Below the pieces are notes generated by a model. It had not been told where the DNA came from and did not search any database. It saw only the letters and a program-made list of their open reading frames with translations. DNA of 63,100 nt, the filler included, from Phoronis australis (Eukaryota > Animalia > Phoronida), in assembly GCA_002633005.1 (NCBI GenBank). It is 6 parts of 6 records of this genome, joined end to end, with 100 filler letters (N's around TTAATTAATTAA, not from the genome) between each part and the next. Parts side by side here need not be neighbours in the genome. Positions count along the whole stretch, not along the records: positions 32,530 to 58,431 come from NMRA01000505.1; 5 more parts are not named here. One strand, written 5' to 3'. Position 1 is the first letter of the stretch. Each line of letters starts with the position of its first letter. Positions 35,915 to 49,763 of the stretch are shown one piece after another. The translations under genes and the position numbers were made by a program.

Positions 35915-38900
35915 CCATGCACGCACCCAGCCTAAAATATAGGGGCCTCGAATTAGTAAGAACGTCGACCTTTTTATAAAAAAATCGGGTCTAAGAAAAA
36001 ATAACAGGGTACTACGACCAGAGCTATGAATTGAGCATTGCCGGTGGGGAGGAGGGGTAGTTTGGCGAAGTCGAAGTGGTTTTTACCCCCAAACCCCCTC
36101 CCCTCCAATAATTCTAGCCTTCCTACGGGCCTCAAACAGTATATGCGAAAGACATGACAGCCTATTACACGCAGCGCGTTGCAACATACTGGCTAATTTT
36201 CGGTGACATTTTGAGACAACCACCTCTTACATTTGGTGGGGGCTAACTGCGGTATACAATTAAGGACACGATAACGAAAGCAAGACAAAATTCATTGTTA
36301 TGGCACACATATGAAATTTTCGTTCAAATGGCAAGTATTAAATACCTCACAATTGCGTTCTTGTTGTAGCCTCTTGCCTAGATGGTTTACTTCTCTTTGT
36401 TGTCATATATCAAGGGATACACGATGTAGTAATTCAATTTCTGTCCAACATTTGTCGGAATTTAGAACATTTACATGTGAATGAGGCGGTTATCGTAAAC
36501 ATTTTTCGATTACAAAATATTTTTAAACATTAAAATTCAATCCGGCCATGTCTGACGTTCACATGCTGTTCGTATTTATAAGCTAACCAAGAATTATAGT
36601 AACCGGTATAAAATCCTGGGAATGCAATAAATATTTTATGACTAAAATTGATTTTCGTGAAACTGGTCAAAGCGGGTTTTAGTCATGTTTTAAAGGTCCG
36701 TTGCCCACGTGTTCGAAGATTGAAAACACAGACGTTGTTTGAATAACATTTGCTTTACTTAAGAAACTGAAAAATCCAATTCTCTTTCAACCGGCCGAGG
36801 TATAGTATGTCTTGCCAGACGTTTATAAAATAAATTGTACATCTTATACGACAAAGCATAGTTGGTTGTCTCTAACCTGACTCATTTTGAGACTTGTGAT
36901 TTCGAACTGAAAATAAAAGTACGCCCGCCCTTATCAATTTCAGCCATTGTCTCGTGTTTCAGGAAGGTGTAAAGAGAAATGTAAGCAAGGTTTGAAACGT
37001 CAGGATTTGCTAAGCAGTGAGTAAAAATCAAATCCTGCATCATTTTTGCTCTTCTTTTGGCCTTATTGCATTATCCTATCCATCACGTGTTTAAATTCAT
37101 TTGTATGTGTATGGATGCCCGTGGGCGTGAACCCATGGTTACAACCTACCAACATCATAAATATCATGCATATTTTTAAAATGAAAGCGAGACGCATCGT
37201 TTTTAGTCAAAACATGTACAGGTAGACACTTACAAGATAACGGAGGTGAAACACACACATTTGAGATAATTATCAAGATTGACAAACCTGTGGCTGGTCA
37301 GTGTGTTTGTTTTTACTGCAGGTCTGTTCGATTTAACAACTTCGAGCATGTTTCGTTTTATTTCAAGAAAACTAGGCTGCGTGTTATTTTGAACTCGTTT
37401 GATTTTAAATTATGCTCAGGAAACAGCTGATGTGTCAGACAGGTAGTGGTCATTTGTTTGGTTCCGTTTTGTTTGGTTCTATTTTGATGCAAGCAGGTCG
37501 GGCACAGTTCGACGCACAGCTGTGTGACTGTTGTGTTACAGGTAGCACGGTTCCAATCTGTGAGAAATTATGACTCGACAGTCAAGTGTGACTTAATTTC
37601 AGTTACTCTTTTAGTGCACCTCACGGAATTGATTCTGGTTTTGCTATTATCAAACACGATATGTACCGATTTCACAAACATATAAAGCGATGGAAACGCA
37701 ATCACACCAAGAGATGTGGTGCAGACATGTTATTCGTCTTGTGTGTTTTTACATCTGAGCACTCGTGTAAATGAAATATTTATACATGTAGTTTAGCATA
37801 GGACGAGCGACATTCATTGCAAGGTGACACATTACTGTCACTGATACCGATTAAGCAAGGTGAGTACTCAGTTTAAAAAATGCTGTTGATGACTTCAAAT
37901 GATCTCTTAAAGATGTCAATATGTGATTTAGACCACTTACCGTCAACTCACAACGTGTTTCGTCCTCAGAGTGGTGTTGTGGCTGAGGGGGGTTACTGCA
38001 AATCCAGAAAACGTAATTCGTCAGTGCAAGGCACATTTGGAGACCAATTTTACGATTAATAGTTCATCAAAAGAAGGCAACTTTGTTGCAGTTTGTTGAT
38101 CATAGGTCTTTGTGGATAAGAGCGCTTCTCGTCATTGTAGGAAAGACGGTGAATATGAATACACTTTTTCCGACTTCGAATCGGCCTCGCACTGGATATC
38201 TGAAACATACACCGTTTCGTAGCTGACAGATTGTACATTCAGTGGAGTTACATTTTCCTTCATCATGATTTCAGCTTTCCGTGTGTCATTGTAAAATGTG
38301 ACACGACAGTAATGTTTTATGTGCAAATGTTGACTTCTTCGAATGATGTTGGGAGTGCCACGGTACTTTTCACATGGACGCAAAATGGAACTTTCTATGT
38401 GAGATATAGACAAGCCATGAAAGCAATCCTTGTACGAAAGACGTTTGTGAATAGATCAATATGAAGGATTTTGATGTGGCTTTAGCAGAGTACCACATGA
38501 CACAATCATCGTCATCAACATCTTTGATATCCTTATTCGCCATCATCACCACCATCGTTGTCGTCATTGTCATCATCATCACCATCATAATTATCATCGT
38601 CATCAACAAAATTGCAATGTAGTTCTAATGCATATTAATTAGTGTTACCGGTGATTTTTATTGATTATTACCGGTGGTCTTTACCTCTCAAACCTGTAAC
38701 TCATACACAAAGTAGTGAATGCACACTAAATGTTGCTCTACTTGTACACGTGACGGTGTGAAAAGTAAAATTGTATAGGTATGGCAAGTCGTTCAGATGA
38801 CAAACTGTTCGTTATTAATGCTGTTCAAAAATGATGTCGTACAATGCGTTCGTAAAAGTGAGAATCCCATTCATTGAATCAAATTTTGAAACCGATCAGC

Positions 38901-39049
38901 AGCGTCACTGTTACTCTCACCTTATAGATGCATATAATGACTGTAGATGCTGCTGGTTCTACTGTGTTCACAACACAAGTAGGTCTTTTAATGCGTTGAG
39001 AAAGATAAGCAGATAACATTAAACATTTCTTGCCCATTTAAACTTTGAA

Positions 39050-39740
39050 AACTTTACACAATGGTCTTGCCCTTCCTCATTTTAATTATGGCAGTTTGCT
39101 ATGGGAGTGTGAACATCATAAGAATATCAAAATTACAAAAAAGGGTATTCGTATTATTACCTCTACTTGTTTAATGCCCATAAAGATCCTTTATTAAGAA
39201 TTACACTGACACTCAAAATAAAAAGACTTGTATATTGTTGCTATTGTCACTTTTTTCTACAAATAAGTTCATAATTATTTATTTTCTTGTTTATTACGTT
39301 CAATATAATAACCCCTAGGTGTGTTCATGAACATTACACTAGGCAACGACATCTTCTACTCACTTCTCCTTGTACTATATCCTTTGTACAAGATTCAGTT
39401 CGCAATGCCTTTCCTAATATCATTAATAACCTTCCTTTAAGTGTTTCTCAAACAATTTTACCCATTCATTACTTTCTGATATAAATTATGCTCAGAATGT
39501 TCGTAATGAAAGTTATGAACTTGATTGCACTTTTACCAACTGCTTTTTGTGTATCTATTTTCCATAAGCCTTCCTAGTCTCTTTAAACGTAGTTTTAAAT
39601 TGTATTATTACTTAATTTTGTAATTCTGGTTATCTGAAACATTGTATTATTCTCTGGTGGCTCCGCGGTCAGCGAACCTTTCGGGTCCTCCATAAGCGTT
39701 AATTTGTATTAATTGTATTTTTCGTCTTTACGTGAATAAA
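39050..39740 (+). mobile_element. Degenerate CR1/L2-group LINE 3' fragment
   Basis: Frameshifted LPHFNYG.LLW, KLQKKGIRIIT, NAH.DPL, LKIKDLY post-RT motifs. Confidence 0.6.
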
Positions 39741-40928
39741 GTGTATTGCTACTACTTGAGTTGCTTGTAAACCAAAGATGTCCGTAGAATTATTGAGATA
39801 AATCCGCTTGTAAGTAGCGCACCTATTTACGTCAGCTGTTTTAATTTTCTAGCATTTATTCCGGCACTCGATAGTGTGTTATTTTAGCGGAACACTATCG
39901 CCTCTCCAATACAACTGAAATGTCACTGGAGCGAGCAGCTGTTCATTGCTGTAGAAGTATGACATAACACACGGAGACTTCTAATTTGTTATCAACACAA
40001 AAACTATATATAGGTGGTGCAAAAATTGTCTTGCATGAAGCGTGTATCTCACTTTAAAGTATAAAAGACCGTAGGCCTATCTCGTGTAAATTTACACGTA
40101 TGTTGCTTGTGGGAGATTCTTTTTACAACGAAGAGGTCCAGCACATTCTATTCAGTATTGGTTAACTTCTGTGCAATCATATCGTATGCATTTGCTAGCG
40201 TAAGCCTAAGGGAAACACCTTGGGCATTTCCGTAGTCATTAAATTACACTTACGCATGTGCGAACTTAGGTGATACGGCCATTTTCAGTTTGAAAGTCAC
40301 ATGACTTGCCGCATGATTGAAGTCCGCATATGCGCCTACGACGTTCACCTCTGACGGGAAAGGTGAGAGTACGAAAATACTGGAGGCGTTCGAATGGGAA
40401 ACTGAAAGCTATGCGTTCATACACGAAAATTGACAAATATAATATCTGATGACCGTGGTACATGCTGTAATTTTGAGATATACAAGCTAAAATAACAATA
40501 AATTGAAGGAAAGCTAACCATACTCGTGAAGGTAAAAAAGTTTACCTGACAGGCTGTGACCACAATTCTAAACCATGGAGCTTATTCATACAGGTTAGTT
40601 ATAACTCAAGGCTCCTGCAAAATAGATGAGGTCCTTGGTTCGTAGCCACTTGTGTCCCACGAATGTTCTGTCGAGGACATTACGGGGGTGTAGTAAACAT
40701 GATTAACGGTAGCTTGAAACACAAGGACCTCCCAAGCAAATCATACTTCCGGTATTGACGCTTATTAAAGCTTAACTTCGACGGAATTTTGTTACTTTAG
40801 ATTATTAGGCTAACCATATAGTCCTAGCAAAGCCTTAGTAAAATAAGAAAACGCGAGTTCAATCACGCAAGTGTAAGCCCGTCAAATGATAAGCGAAGCT
40901 GCCTTTTCGTGTCATGTTGCATCACCGC

Positions 40929-41177
40929 GAGATCCCAGCACAAACAACAAAGGTTGCATTGAATAGGGGTCTGAATAGAACAACATTGCGTGCTGGTGTT
41001 ACTCGCAGCTGTTTGAATTAAAAGGTTATTCTCGCGGTGACGTAGACAAAAGCGAGCCAAAACGCCAAACAGTTCGTTACATTTCGCAATTTATGGCACT
41101 AGTGGGCTCAGAGCGATGCTCTTAACATGCTGTAGGAACTAAATTTACATGTGTTACGGTTGAAGATAGGCTTTAAT
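40929..41177. repeat. Dispersed ~250-bp repeat, copy 1 (TTAA end, Kolobok-like)
   Basis: gagatcccagcacaaacaa...ataggctttaa matches 54695-54939. Confidence 0.7.
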
Positions 41178-41249
41178 GTCTGAAAAAGTATCTTGTATCA
41201 CCATCTGACCATTTTCCACCAATATACCTACACGTAACCTTTCCATCGC

Positions 41250-43620
41250 TTGGCGTTTACTTGAGACGAGGATTCCATCGGCTCGTGACGTATTATGAGT
41301 TACATTACCTAAAACTAGCTCATGCACAAAGTATGTTCAGACGCGATCTGCTTTCACTCGAGAATAGTGTACTCAAGATTGAACTCAAAACAAACAACTG
41401 ACAAGATGTCAAATACAGTAACCAATGTGAAAAATTAGGCACAGAATTCGAATCACAAGTTGGTATCCTCACGTATGTGTCTGCTCAACAGTTGTTACAG
41501 AACTCTCTCTGCACATCTAGGAAGATAATTATGAATATACACGGAGCCAAAATTTCAAGATTGAACGTAAAGCATGATCATAATGGTTATAGCATTGATA
41601 TTTCTAAAGTTGTTGTAAATCTATCCTTACGTACTCTAACTGATGATGAAGCTATGCTTCTCAGCAGAGGCCTAAAATTCAGTCATCCTCCACGACAGCT
41701 TGACAATATAGGTTATAAACCAGCTTTGAAACGCTTTACCATAGTCTGCAAGGTCACATCACTTCAGACTAGAATCGAAATAAACATAGGCTGCGTGAAC
41801 TATGTTATCGCTACATCTTCAACTACAGACATCAACAGGAACAAAGCCTCTCCTCTAATGAGTTAGCAGTATTTAAAAGTCTACGCGATGACACTCAAAT
41901 TGTCATTTGTCGTCAGACAAAGGGAATGGTGTAGCTATAGATTGCATCTCTATAAGATAAATTACATTGTTTCCGACCAGACCAAATTCTGTAAACTGAG
42001 ACATGATCCCACTGTTAAACCTGAATCCATACTCCAGTTTTATGTTTACAACTTAAAACGTAACAATGCCATTGATCAGGAGACTTATGACAGTATTCGC
42101 CCTACCGGCTCACAACCTGCTCAAATGTACGGCTTACCGATAACACTTAAGCCCGGTATTCCATTGAGACCGATAGTATCCTGTATTGGGTCTTACACTT
42201 ACAGCCTTGCTAAGTTTTTATCTGGATCTTGACTCCTCTCTGTGATTCAAAATACTGTCTTGGAGACTCATCTGAGTTCGCCAATGACATTAAGGCTATG
42301 AAAAAGGCTTTTTATACTGTTAGCTTCGATGTTATTAGCTTGTTTACGAATATTCCTGTAGACACAGTACCACATACAAACACTGTTTGTAATTTAACTA
42401 GACCACAACTTCAAAATTGCTTAACATTGCTGTTAAAGAAAATCACTTTATTTTCAATGAGGAATACTTTGACCAATGTGACGGTGTTGTTATGGGGAGT
42501 CCACTCGTCCCTTTAATACCCTGGATGGCCTATTTAGAAGAGCTGGCATTTAAAAAGTGTCCTATTGATCTGCCATTGAATTAAAGACTTTATGTTGATG
42601 ATATTTTCCTAACTTTTAGTCATCACAGTCAGGCTAAGTCATTTCTTAATTGGATGAACACCTTATGTAACAGTATTAAGTTTACCATGAATTCAGAAGC
42701 AGACAGTTGCATTACTTTTCTCGATGTATTAATTCACCGTCAGAATGACTTGCTATCTACATCACTTTCTCAAGTGTGTACCTCAAGTGAGATACTTTTG
42801 TTCACAAAAAGCACCAAACTGGTCTAATCAATGGTCTGATTAATTGACTTTTAAGATATGCAGCAATCCCGACTTGTTCTACCGTGAACTTGAGTTTTCA
42901 AACAATCTCTTGTTTCAAAATGGATACCCAAAAACATTTATAAAATCTTGCACTGACAGGTTTTTACGCAACTAATTGAAGACACCCGTGGATGTTTGTC
43001 ATGGGCCTGAACCGAAGAAACCATTTCTCAATCTTCCCTTGGTAACAGTAGTTGTGTGGTCGACAGGCAGGTTAGGAGAATACTTGGAGCTATTGCTCCA
43101 TGTTTGCAACTTGTAACAATCTTCAAACCTGTAAACAGACTTTTGTCATTATCTAGACTAAAACACCATTGAGTAATTCTCAAGTAAGTCATGTTATGTA
43201 CCAACTCAACTGTAATGGATGTGAACACTTTTACATTGGAATGACCAACAGGATTCTTTTAAAATAGCATCAGAGTCAAAGAACACTGTAAAGACACACA
43301 CAGTGCTATTCTCAACTATTCATTGACAATTGATTACACTATAGATTACTAAGGATAATGTCACCCTCAGACTCCTCATAAAGGAGGCTATGCATATAGG
43401 GTTGAATTATGCTGAGCTTTACCTCAACAGAAACATTGATTCATTTGAGCTCCAACTGTTTTGATTCCTAGTCTTTCCCCTCACAGTGCATTTTGACGTG
43501 TACCTGTACCGTCTGTTCACCACCTGTGTCTCCTGATTGAGTAATGTGAACTTTTACCTTGAGAATGGTTTATAGTGAATATACCGAAACGTCGCATTAA
43601 TGTGTCTTTGTTTACATACG
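41250..43620 (+). mobile_element. Degenerate Penelope-like retroelement (RT plus GIY-YIG endonuclease)
   Basis: Frameshifted motifs VVNLS..L...E..LLSRGLKF, YGLP..KPGIPLRPIVS, SFDV.SLFTNIP, DGV.MGSP, YVDDIF, IKFT, FLDV; C-terminal C..C..FYIGMT.R....VKEH and IKEA..I....LNRN; stop near 43464. Confidence 0.88.
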
Positions 43621-43674
43621 CGCTAATTTTAAAGTTCGTGCTCATGTTTGGCCAAAAAGCAAATGTGACCGGTG

Positions 43675-45322
43675 GATATGTACAAGCTAGGTGTAGTGTG
43701 TTATATGCAACATTGGTGATATATGTACAAGGTTTAGTGTGTTGTATGTAACATTGGTGAGATATGCACAAGGTGTAGTGTGCTATATGTAACGTTGGTG
43801 AGATAAGTACAAGGTTTAGTGTGTTATATGTAACATTGGCCAATGAATAAAAACCTGGAGAAAAAAATCGTGGCCTTTGAAATGTGGACATTCAGACGGA
43901 TGGCAAGAATCAGTTGGACAGAAAGAAAAACCAACAAAGATATTTATAACTTGCTCAAAATTAAACCATCACTCCTAAATACAATCCAAACAAGAAAACT
44001 GAAAAACTTTGGTCACACTGAAAGGCATGACACCATCTGCAAGAACATTCTGGAAGGAAAAACAGAAGGGATGAGAGCAAGAGGTAGACAACACAGAATG
44101 TGGCTGGACAACATCAAGGACTGGACGAATCTATCACTGCAAGAATGTACCAGAAAGGCAAAGAGCAGAGCAGAATGGCGGGTCATTTCAAGTCGACCTC
44201 TAAGAAGATGACACCACATGATGATGTAACAATGGAAAGATATGTGCAAGGTGTAGTGTGCTACATGTAACATTGGTGAGATATGTACAAGGTGTAGTCT
44301 CTTATATAAGTGTAGCATTTGTGAGATATGTACAAGGTGTAGAGTGTTATATGTAAAATTGGCGAGATGTGTACAAGCTGTAGTGTGTTATATGTAAAAT
44401 TGGTGAGATATGTACAAGGTGTAGCGTGTTGTAGGTAATATTGGTGAGATGTGTGCAAGGTATAGTGTGTTATATGTAACATTGGTGAGATATGTGCTAG
44501 GTGTAGTGTGTTATATGTAAAATTGGTGAGATATGTACAAGGTGTAGAGTGTTATATGTAACATTGATGAGATATATACAAGGTGTAGCGTGTTGTAGGT
44601 AATATTGGTGAGATGTGTGCAAGGTATAGTGTGTTATATGTAACATTGGTGAGATATGTGCTAGGTGTAGTGTGTTATATGTAAAATTGGTGAGATATGT
44701 ACAAGGTGTAGAGTGTTATATGTAACATTGATGAGATATATACAAGGTGTAGCGTGTTGTAGGTAATATTGGTGAGATGTGTGCAAGGTATAGTGTGTTA
44801 TATGTAACATTGGTGAGATATGTGCTAGGTGTAGTGTGTTATATGTAACATTGATGAGATATGTACAAGGTGTAGTGTGTTGTATGTAACATTGATGAGA
44901 TATATACAAGGTGTAGCGTGTTGTATGTAAAATTGGTGAGATATGTACAAGGTGTAGTATGTTATATATACTATTGGTGAGATGTGTGTAAGGTATAGGG
45001 TGTTACATGTAACATTGGTGAGATATGTACAAGGTTTAGTGTGTTATATGCAATATTGGTGATATGTGCAAGGTGTAGTGTTATATGTAACATTGGTGAG
45101 ATATGTACAAGGTGTAGTGTGTTATATGTAACATTGGTGAGATATGTACAAGGTGTAGTGTGTTATATGTAACATTGGTGAGATATGTACAAGGTGTAGT
45201 GTGTTATATGTAACATTGGTGAGATATGTACAAGGTGTAGTGTGTTATATGTAACATTGGTGAGATATGCACAAGGTGTAGTGTGTTATATGTAACATTG
45301 GTGAGATATGCACAAGGTGTAG
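43675..45322. repeat. 41-bp satellite with a 164-bp (4-mer) higher-order repeat
   Basis: Unit gtgtagtgtgttatatgtaacattggtgagatatgtacaag; the variant gtagcgtgttgtaggt recurs at 44421, 44585 and 44749. Confidence 0.92.
43840..44223 (+). mobile_element. RTE-clade LINE 3' fragment inserted in the satellite
   Basis: AFEMW.FRRM.RISW, RKL..FGH..R, ILEGK.EG.R.RGR...W.D.IK.W motifs; (ATG)n tail; ~12-bp duplication atgtaaca(t/a)tgg at 43828 and 44224. Confidence 0.88.
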
Positions 45323-47616
45323 TTTATAAAAAGTGCAGTGGGAGGAGCGTCCTTTGGAGGTGGTCCAGAGAGGCAACTTCGTCAACGTGGACTGGGAAAT
45401 TGTTCCAAAGGCTGTATTGTGGCATAGAGAGTAACGAACTATGATGAAGGATGCTGACCATGGAATAGGGAGAGAGGTGACGAGAAGACTCTTGTCTGTC
45501 TTTTTTAAACTATGACCAGTTTGAAGACGTAATATGGGCAAGAATTGTGTTCTCGTTGCTGCAGCGTTTTAAGTCTGTTCATTCAAATGCTTTTGTGTGG
45601 ATATAATACAATGGAACAATATTAAAGTTTCTGTCTTGCTACAGTGGAATTTTGTTTTGGGAAGGTATGACGAATGTCACGGTTGCGGTCTACTGAAACC
45701 ACAGAGTTGGCTAGCAGGAGCAAGTATCAGAATAACGTCTGACGCAAAATTCACGATTTTGAACATATTCGACAAGAAAGGATAGGTGTTTCACAAGAGA
45801 TGAATAAAATATACAATGAAGCGGAATTGGTGCGGCAGGAATGGTTAAGAGACCAGTGTTATCGTCAAACTTGTGTCACTTTTCCGTTTTTGGATACAGA
45901 ATACTTGCGTCACCTCAAACCTGTTAATCAGGATTTCCCGTGGAACTATACACTAGTTTTGGTGTACCTGAGTCAAGACAGGTTATTTCTTTAAGTTTTT
46001 GGGAGATTTTGACGAGTGTTACCTCTAGGGTAACCAAGAGTTTTGCCCCCGGAAGCAGATGTCAAGCCAATAAGTCAAGCACCCGAAATAACTGCAACGT
46101 AAAACAGTTTTGGGTAAAGAATATCGTCTGAAGGAAGTTTTACAATTTTTGACTATATTTTGACCCATTCTGAATATCTCTGACTTAGAATAACAGGTGG
46201 TTTTCACTAGATAAATGGTATTAATACCAAAGAGGAAACGACATGATGAGCATATTTCGACAATGTCGGAAATGTTTTTGAACATTAAGTGTCACTTTCC
46301 GTACTTGGAAGGGAAATAAACCATGCAAAGGTGCCACGTTTTGAACATTAAGTGTGAGTCTCCGTACTTTGAAGTGAAATACACCACGCAAAGGTGCCAC
46401 GTTTTGCTTAACAAATGTTGAAATGGCCACCCTTACTTGAAGGATATTTCTTCGACCTTCGGGAGAGCCAAACGATGGATGGTATAAATTACGTGAAAGT
46501 GAACACTGTTTACTCGGGTGCGTTCCGTACACGTGTAACTCATGACACCCGCGAAAATTTCACGCAAAACGACGTGTTATACATGTAGAAGTGAAAGGCG
46601 AGTGGTTGGCATATTAGGGACCTTGCCAGCCTACATAGCAAAAATATTCCAAGTGCTTGGAGCCGAGTGCACTGAGTCCATTCAACGATGTTCTAATGTA
46701 CATGAGGGATGAAATGCTCCACGTTCAAGGACAGTACTAAAATAACAAATTGATTAACACATTCAATATGACAGAGTTTCCACTTTTATTGATCTTCTTC
46801 TTGATCTTCACCTAACTGAATGCATAAATCAATGAACAGCAAAGACCTTATTTAAAATTTTGTAGTTTTTACTTATTATATATGCGTTAGTCTTCAGTTA
46901 GTACGCTCTTAGGTAACATTTGCCTGTCGTCATATAAGATTAGTTCCACTTCGTTTCAAATATATCTTATAGCCAATCATGTGTTGCGGTTGGCACGGAC
47001 GTGATCTGGCAAAGGCATGCAGTTGAGGTGATGGTTCCTGAAGTGCCCTTGTCCTTATCTGGTTTTTAATAAAAAAGTACATTCTTTCCATAGCAAAACA
47101 AATTCAAAGTATGCGCCGCACATATTTCAACAACTCCATGCTGTGCACTGGGAAACGCTTTCTTTAATGAGCTTAAATATAAGCATCGACAGGTACATTA
47201 ACCTGACATTTTGTCAGTAAATTTTTAAAACATGATTTCTCATTATTTTACGTTATCACGTGACTATCAGTGCGATCAACCAACGTCCAGGAAAATATCA
47301 AAGCTGCGTCTTTTAAAAATAACTGTAGACGTTCTAAGAATCCCCAAGTTAGTAGTGTCCGTTTTAATTTAATTGAATTTTGCTTTAGACAGCGACTTGG
47401 GTTACTTGCGGCAGCTGAATACATAATACGTCATGTAACAATTACATTTCAGATATATGGATGGACTGATTGCGCGGACTACCGGCAAGACGAGTATTTT
47501 GGCACATTTATAGGCTATTCGTTCAACAAAAGCTCTAATTGGAATAATATGTAGTGATCGCAACTATAACGACAGTAGTGGTTTCACAAGATGCGTAGTT
47601 TCTAGACAGTGGGAAG

Positions 47617-48189
47617 ATGACATGTGTCGGTCTATTACTACTCGTGCTCAGATATTGTGAGATGGCGGATGTCAACAGACATAATTCCAAACTGAAAACT
47701 GGACATTACGACAACGAGGGACATGGTGCCCTGCGTAATACGAGTTTCTATGGCAACCAAGAGAGTGGACAAGATATAGGACAATCAATATACGTAGTGC
47801 GCAACTTAAATAGGAGACTGCTTTCGACAAATACTACTGTCAAAATGTCAAACCCACTAATCATTGATTTCTTCAAGGAAACCGTACACAGAAACCAAAA
47901 TCAGACGTCCGTGGGACTTGTGTCAAAAAATAATCATGGAATTACAACACAAGATTCCTCGTTCCTGAATCGTTCACAGGAAGCGAAAACAATTAGTGGA
48001 CATCTGACTGCGAATAAATCTAAGTCACAAAAAAGGCTTTACGTTGGTGGCTTGTTCGAGCTCTCTGACACTGTTCTGGCACAGGAGGGTCATGCGCAAC
48101 TGATGGCTGCCGAGCTTGCTATACGTCATATCAATGAAAGAAAATATTTGCCTGGGTACATGTTGCACATGTTTCATAACGACACAAAG
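47617..48189 (+). CDS. GABA-B receptor-like class C GPCR, first coding exon (signal peptide, N-glycosylated extension, start of Venus-flytrap domain)
   Basis: Hydrophobic N-terminus; several NxS/T sites; LYVGGLFELS...AAELAIRHINERKYLPGYMLHMFHNDTK matches the ANF-receptor/GABA-B VFT start; donor AAG|GTATGT just before the expected conserved Cys. Confidence 0.85.
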
Positions 48190-48310
48190 GTATGTTGAAC
48201 TCCTGACACAATCTGCACAAACATGTTGGTTACGATAGTAAATTGGTTTTATTTTAAATTACTCCCTTCGTCACCTCTACCAACGTCATGGGTTAGCATT
48301 ACTGTATATA

Positions 48311-49035
48311 TACCCACACCAAAAGATCATGTTTGCCGCTAGCTTGCAGCAAACATGCCGCAAGCTTGCAGCAAACATGCCGCAAGCTTGCGGCAAACAA
48401 TTTTGTTTGCAGCAAACCAGCCGCAAAGTTTGCAGGAGTTTGCCGCTACCCGCAACTCAGCCGCACACATTGCCGCAAGCTTGCTGCTAACACTGAAGTT
48501 TGCAGGAATGTTGCGGCAAACTTGGTGATTGAAAAAGTGTTTGCGGGAAAGTTACAGAAAACTTTATTGTTGAAAAGTGTTTGCGGGAAAGTTGCAGGAA
48601 ACTTTATTGGTGAAGAAGTGTTTGCGGGAAAGTTGCAGGAAACTTTATTGGTGAAAAAATGTNTACCCATACCAAAAGACCATTTTTGCCGTAAGCTTGC
48701 AGCAAACATGACGCAAGCTTGCGGCAAACAATTTTGTTTGCAGCAAACCAGCCGCAAAGTTTGCAGGAGTTTGCCGCTACCCGCAACTCAGCCGCACACA
48801 TTGCCGCAACCTTGCTGCAAACACTGAAGTTCGCAGGAATGTTGCGGCAAAACTTGGTCATTGAANGCAGGAAACTTTATTGGTGAAAAAGTGTTTGCGG
48901 GAAAGTTACAGGAAACTTTATTGGTGAAAAAGTGTTTGCGGGAAAGTTGCAGGAAACTTTATTGGTGAAAAGTGTTCTCAAGAATAGGTGAAAAAGTGCA
49001 TGCACAAAATTTGCCGTAAACTTCAATGTTTACAG
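48311..49035. mobile_element. Non-autonomous DNA-transposon-like repeat rich in ttgccgcaa/ttgcggcaa motifs, duplicated around single Ns
   Basis: Starts taccca at both 48311 and 48664; internal ~39-bp tandem units; Ns at 48663 and 48866. Confidence 0.6.
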
Positions 49036-49619
49036 TGTTAGCATTAATATTGTGACAATGTTAGAAATTGTGGAATTGTTTTTTATTTTCTAAATTCCAA
49101 AGAAACCTCAAATCCAGAAGCTAAGCAGGGCAGTTACTTATTTTAGATTACTTACCTAAATGTGACCTATGGTTGGGTAAGTTACATTGTTAAAAACAGC
49201 AAATGCTCAAAGATGACCAAATGCGACCTAAAACACTAGAGAAGATAACTGCATCTGTATGTTCTTTGTTTTTTATTCAGTCACTATACTTAACAAGTTT
49301 TCATTTTCCTTTCTTACTGCTGTCAAAGTCAGTACAGCAAAATATTAAATGCAATTGCTTTAAAACAACAAAGGCAGTGTTACCTGCATGTTGTGTAAAC
49401 AAGCACAATAAATATCAATACAAACCATACACAAATATATGATCCAGTGTTACCAAATGTGCAAGTATTAGCATTTAGAGCAATTTGTACTTTTCCAACA
49501 TTTGAAATTATCTCATAATCAGGTGGTAGCTGCCAGTCTGCAGCTGCAGTAAAATTTTGTCTATTTCGGACAAAAATAATTGCCAAAAATTACTCATTTT
49601 GATTTTTCAAGGACATTTA

Positions 49620-49763
49620 GCATCAACAGAAGGTCTGGCTGTGTGTCCTGGCTGTTATTTGTTATATTAGAGACATCAGCAGAAGGTCTGGCTGTGTGTC
49701 CTGGCTGTTATTTGTTATATTAGAGACATCAACAGAAGGTCTGACTGTGTGTCCTGGCTGTTA
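49620..49763. repeat. 53-bp minisatellite x~3
   Basis: catca(a/g)cagaaggtctggctgtgtgtcctggctgttatttgttatattagaga. Confidence 0.85.
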
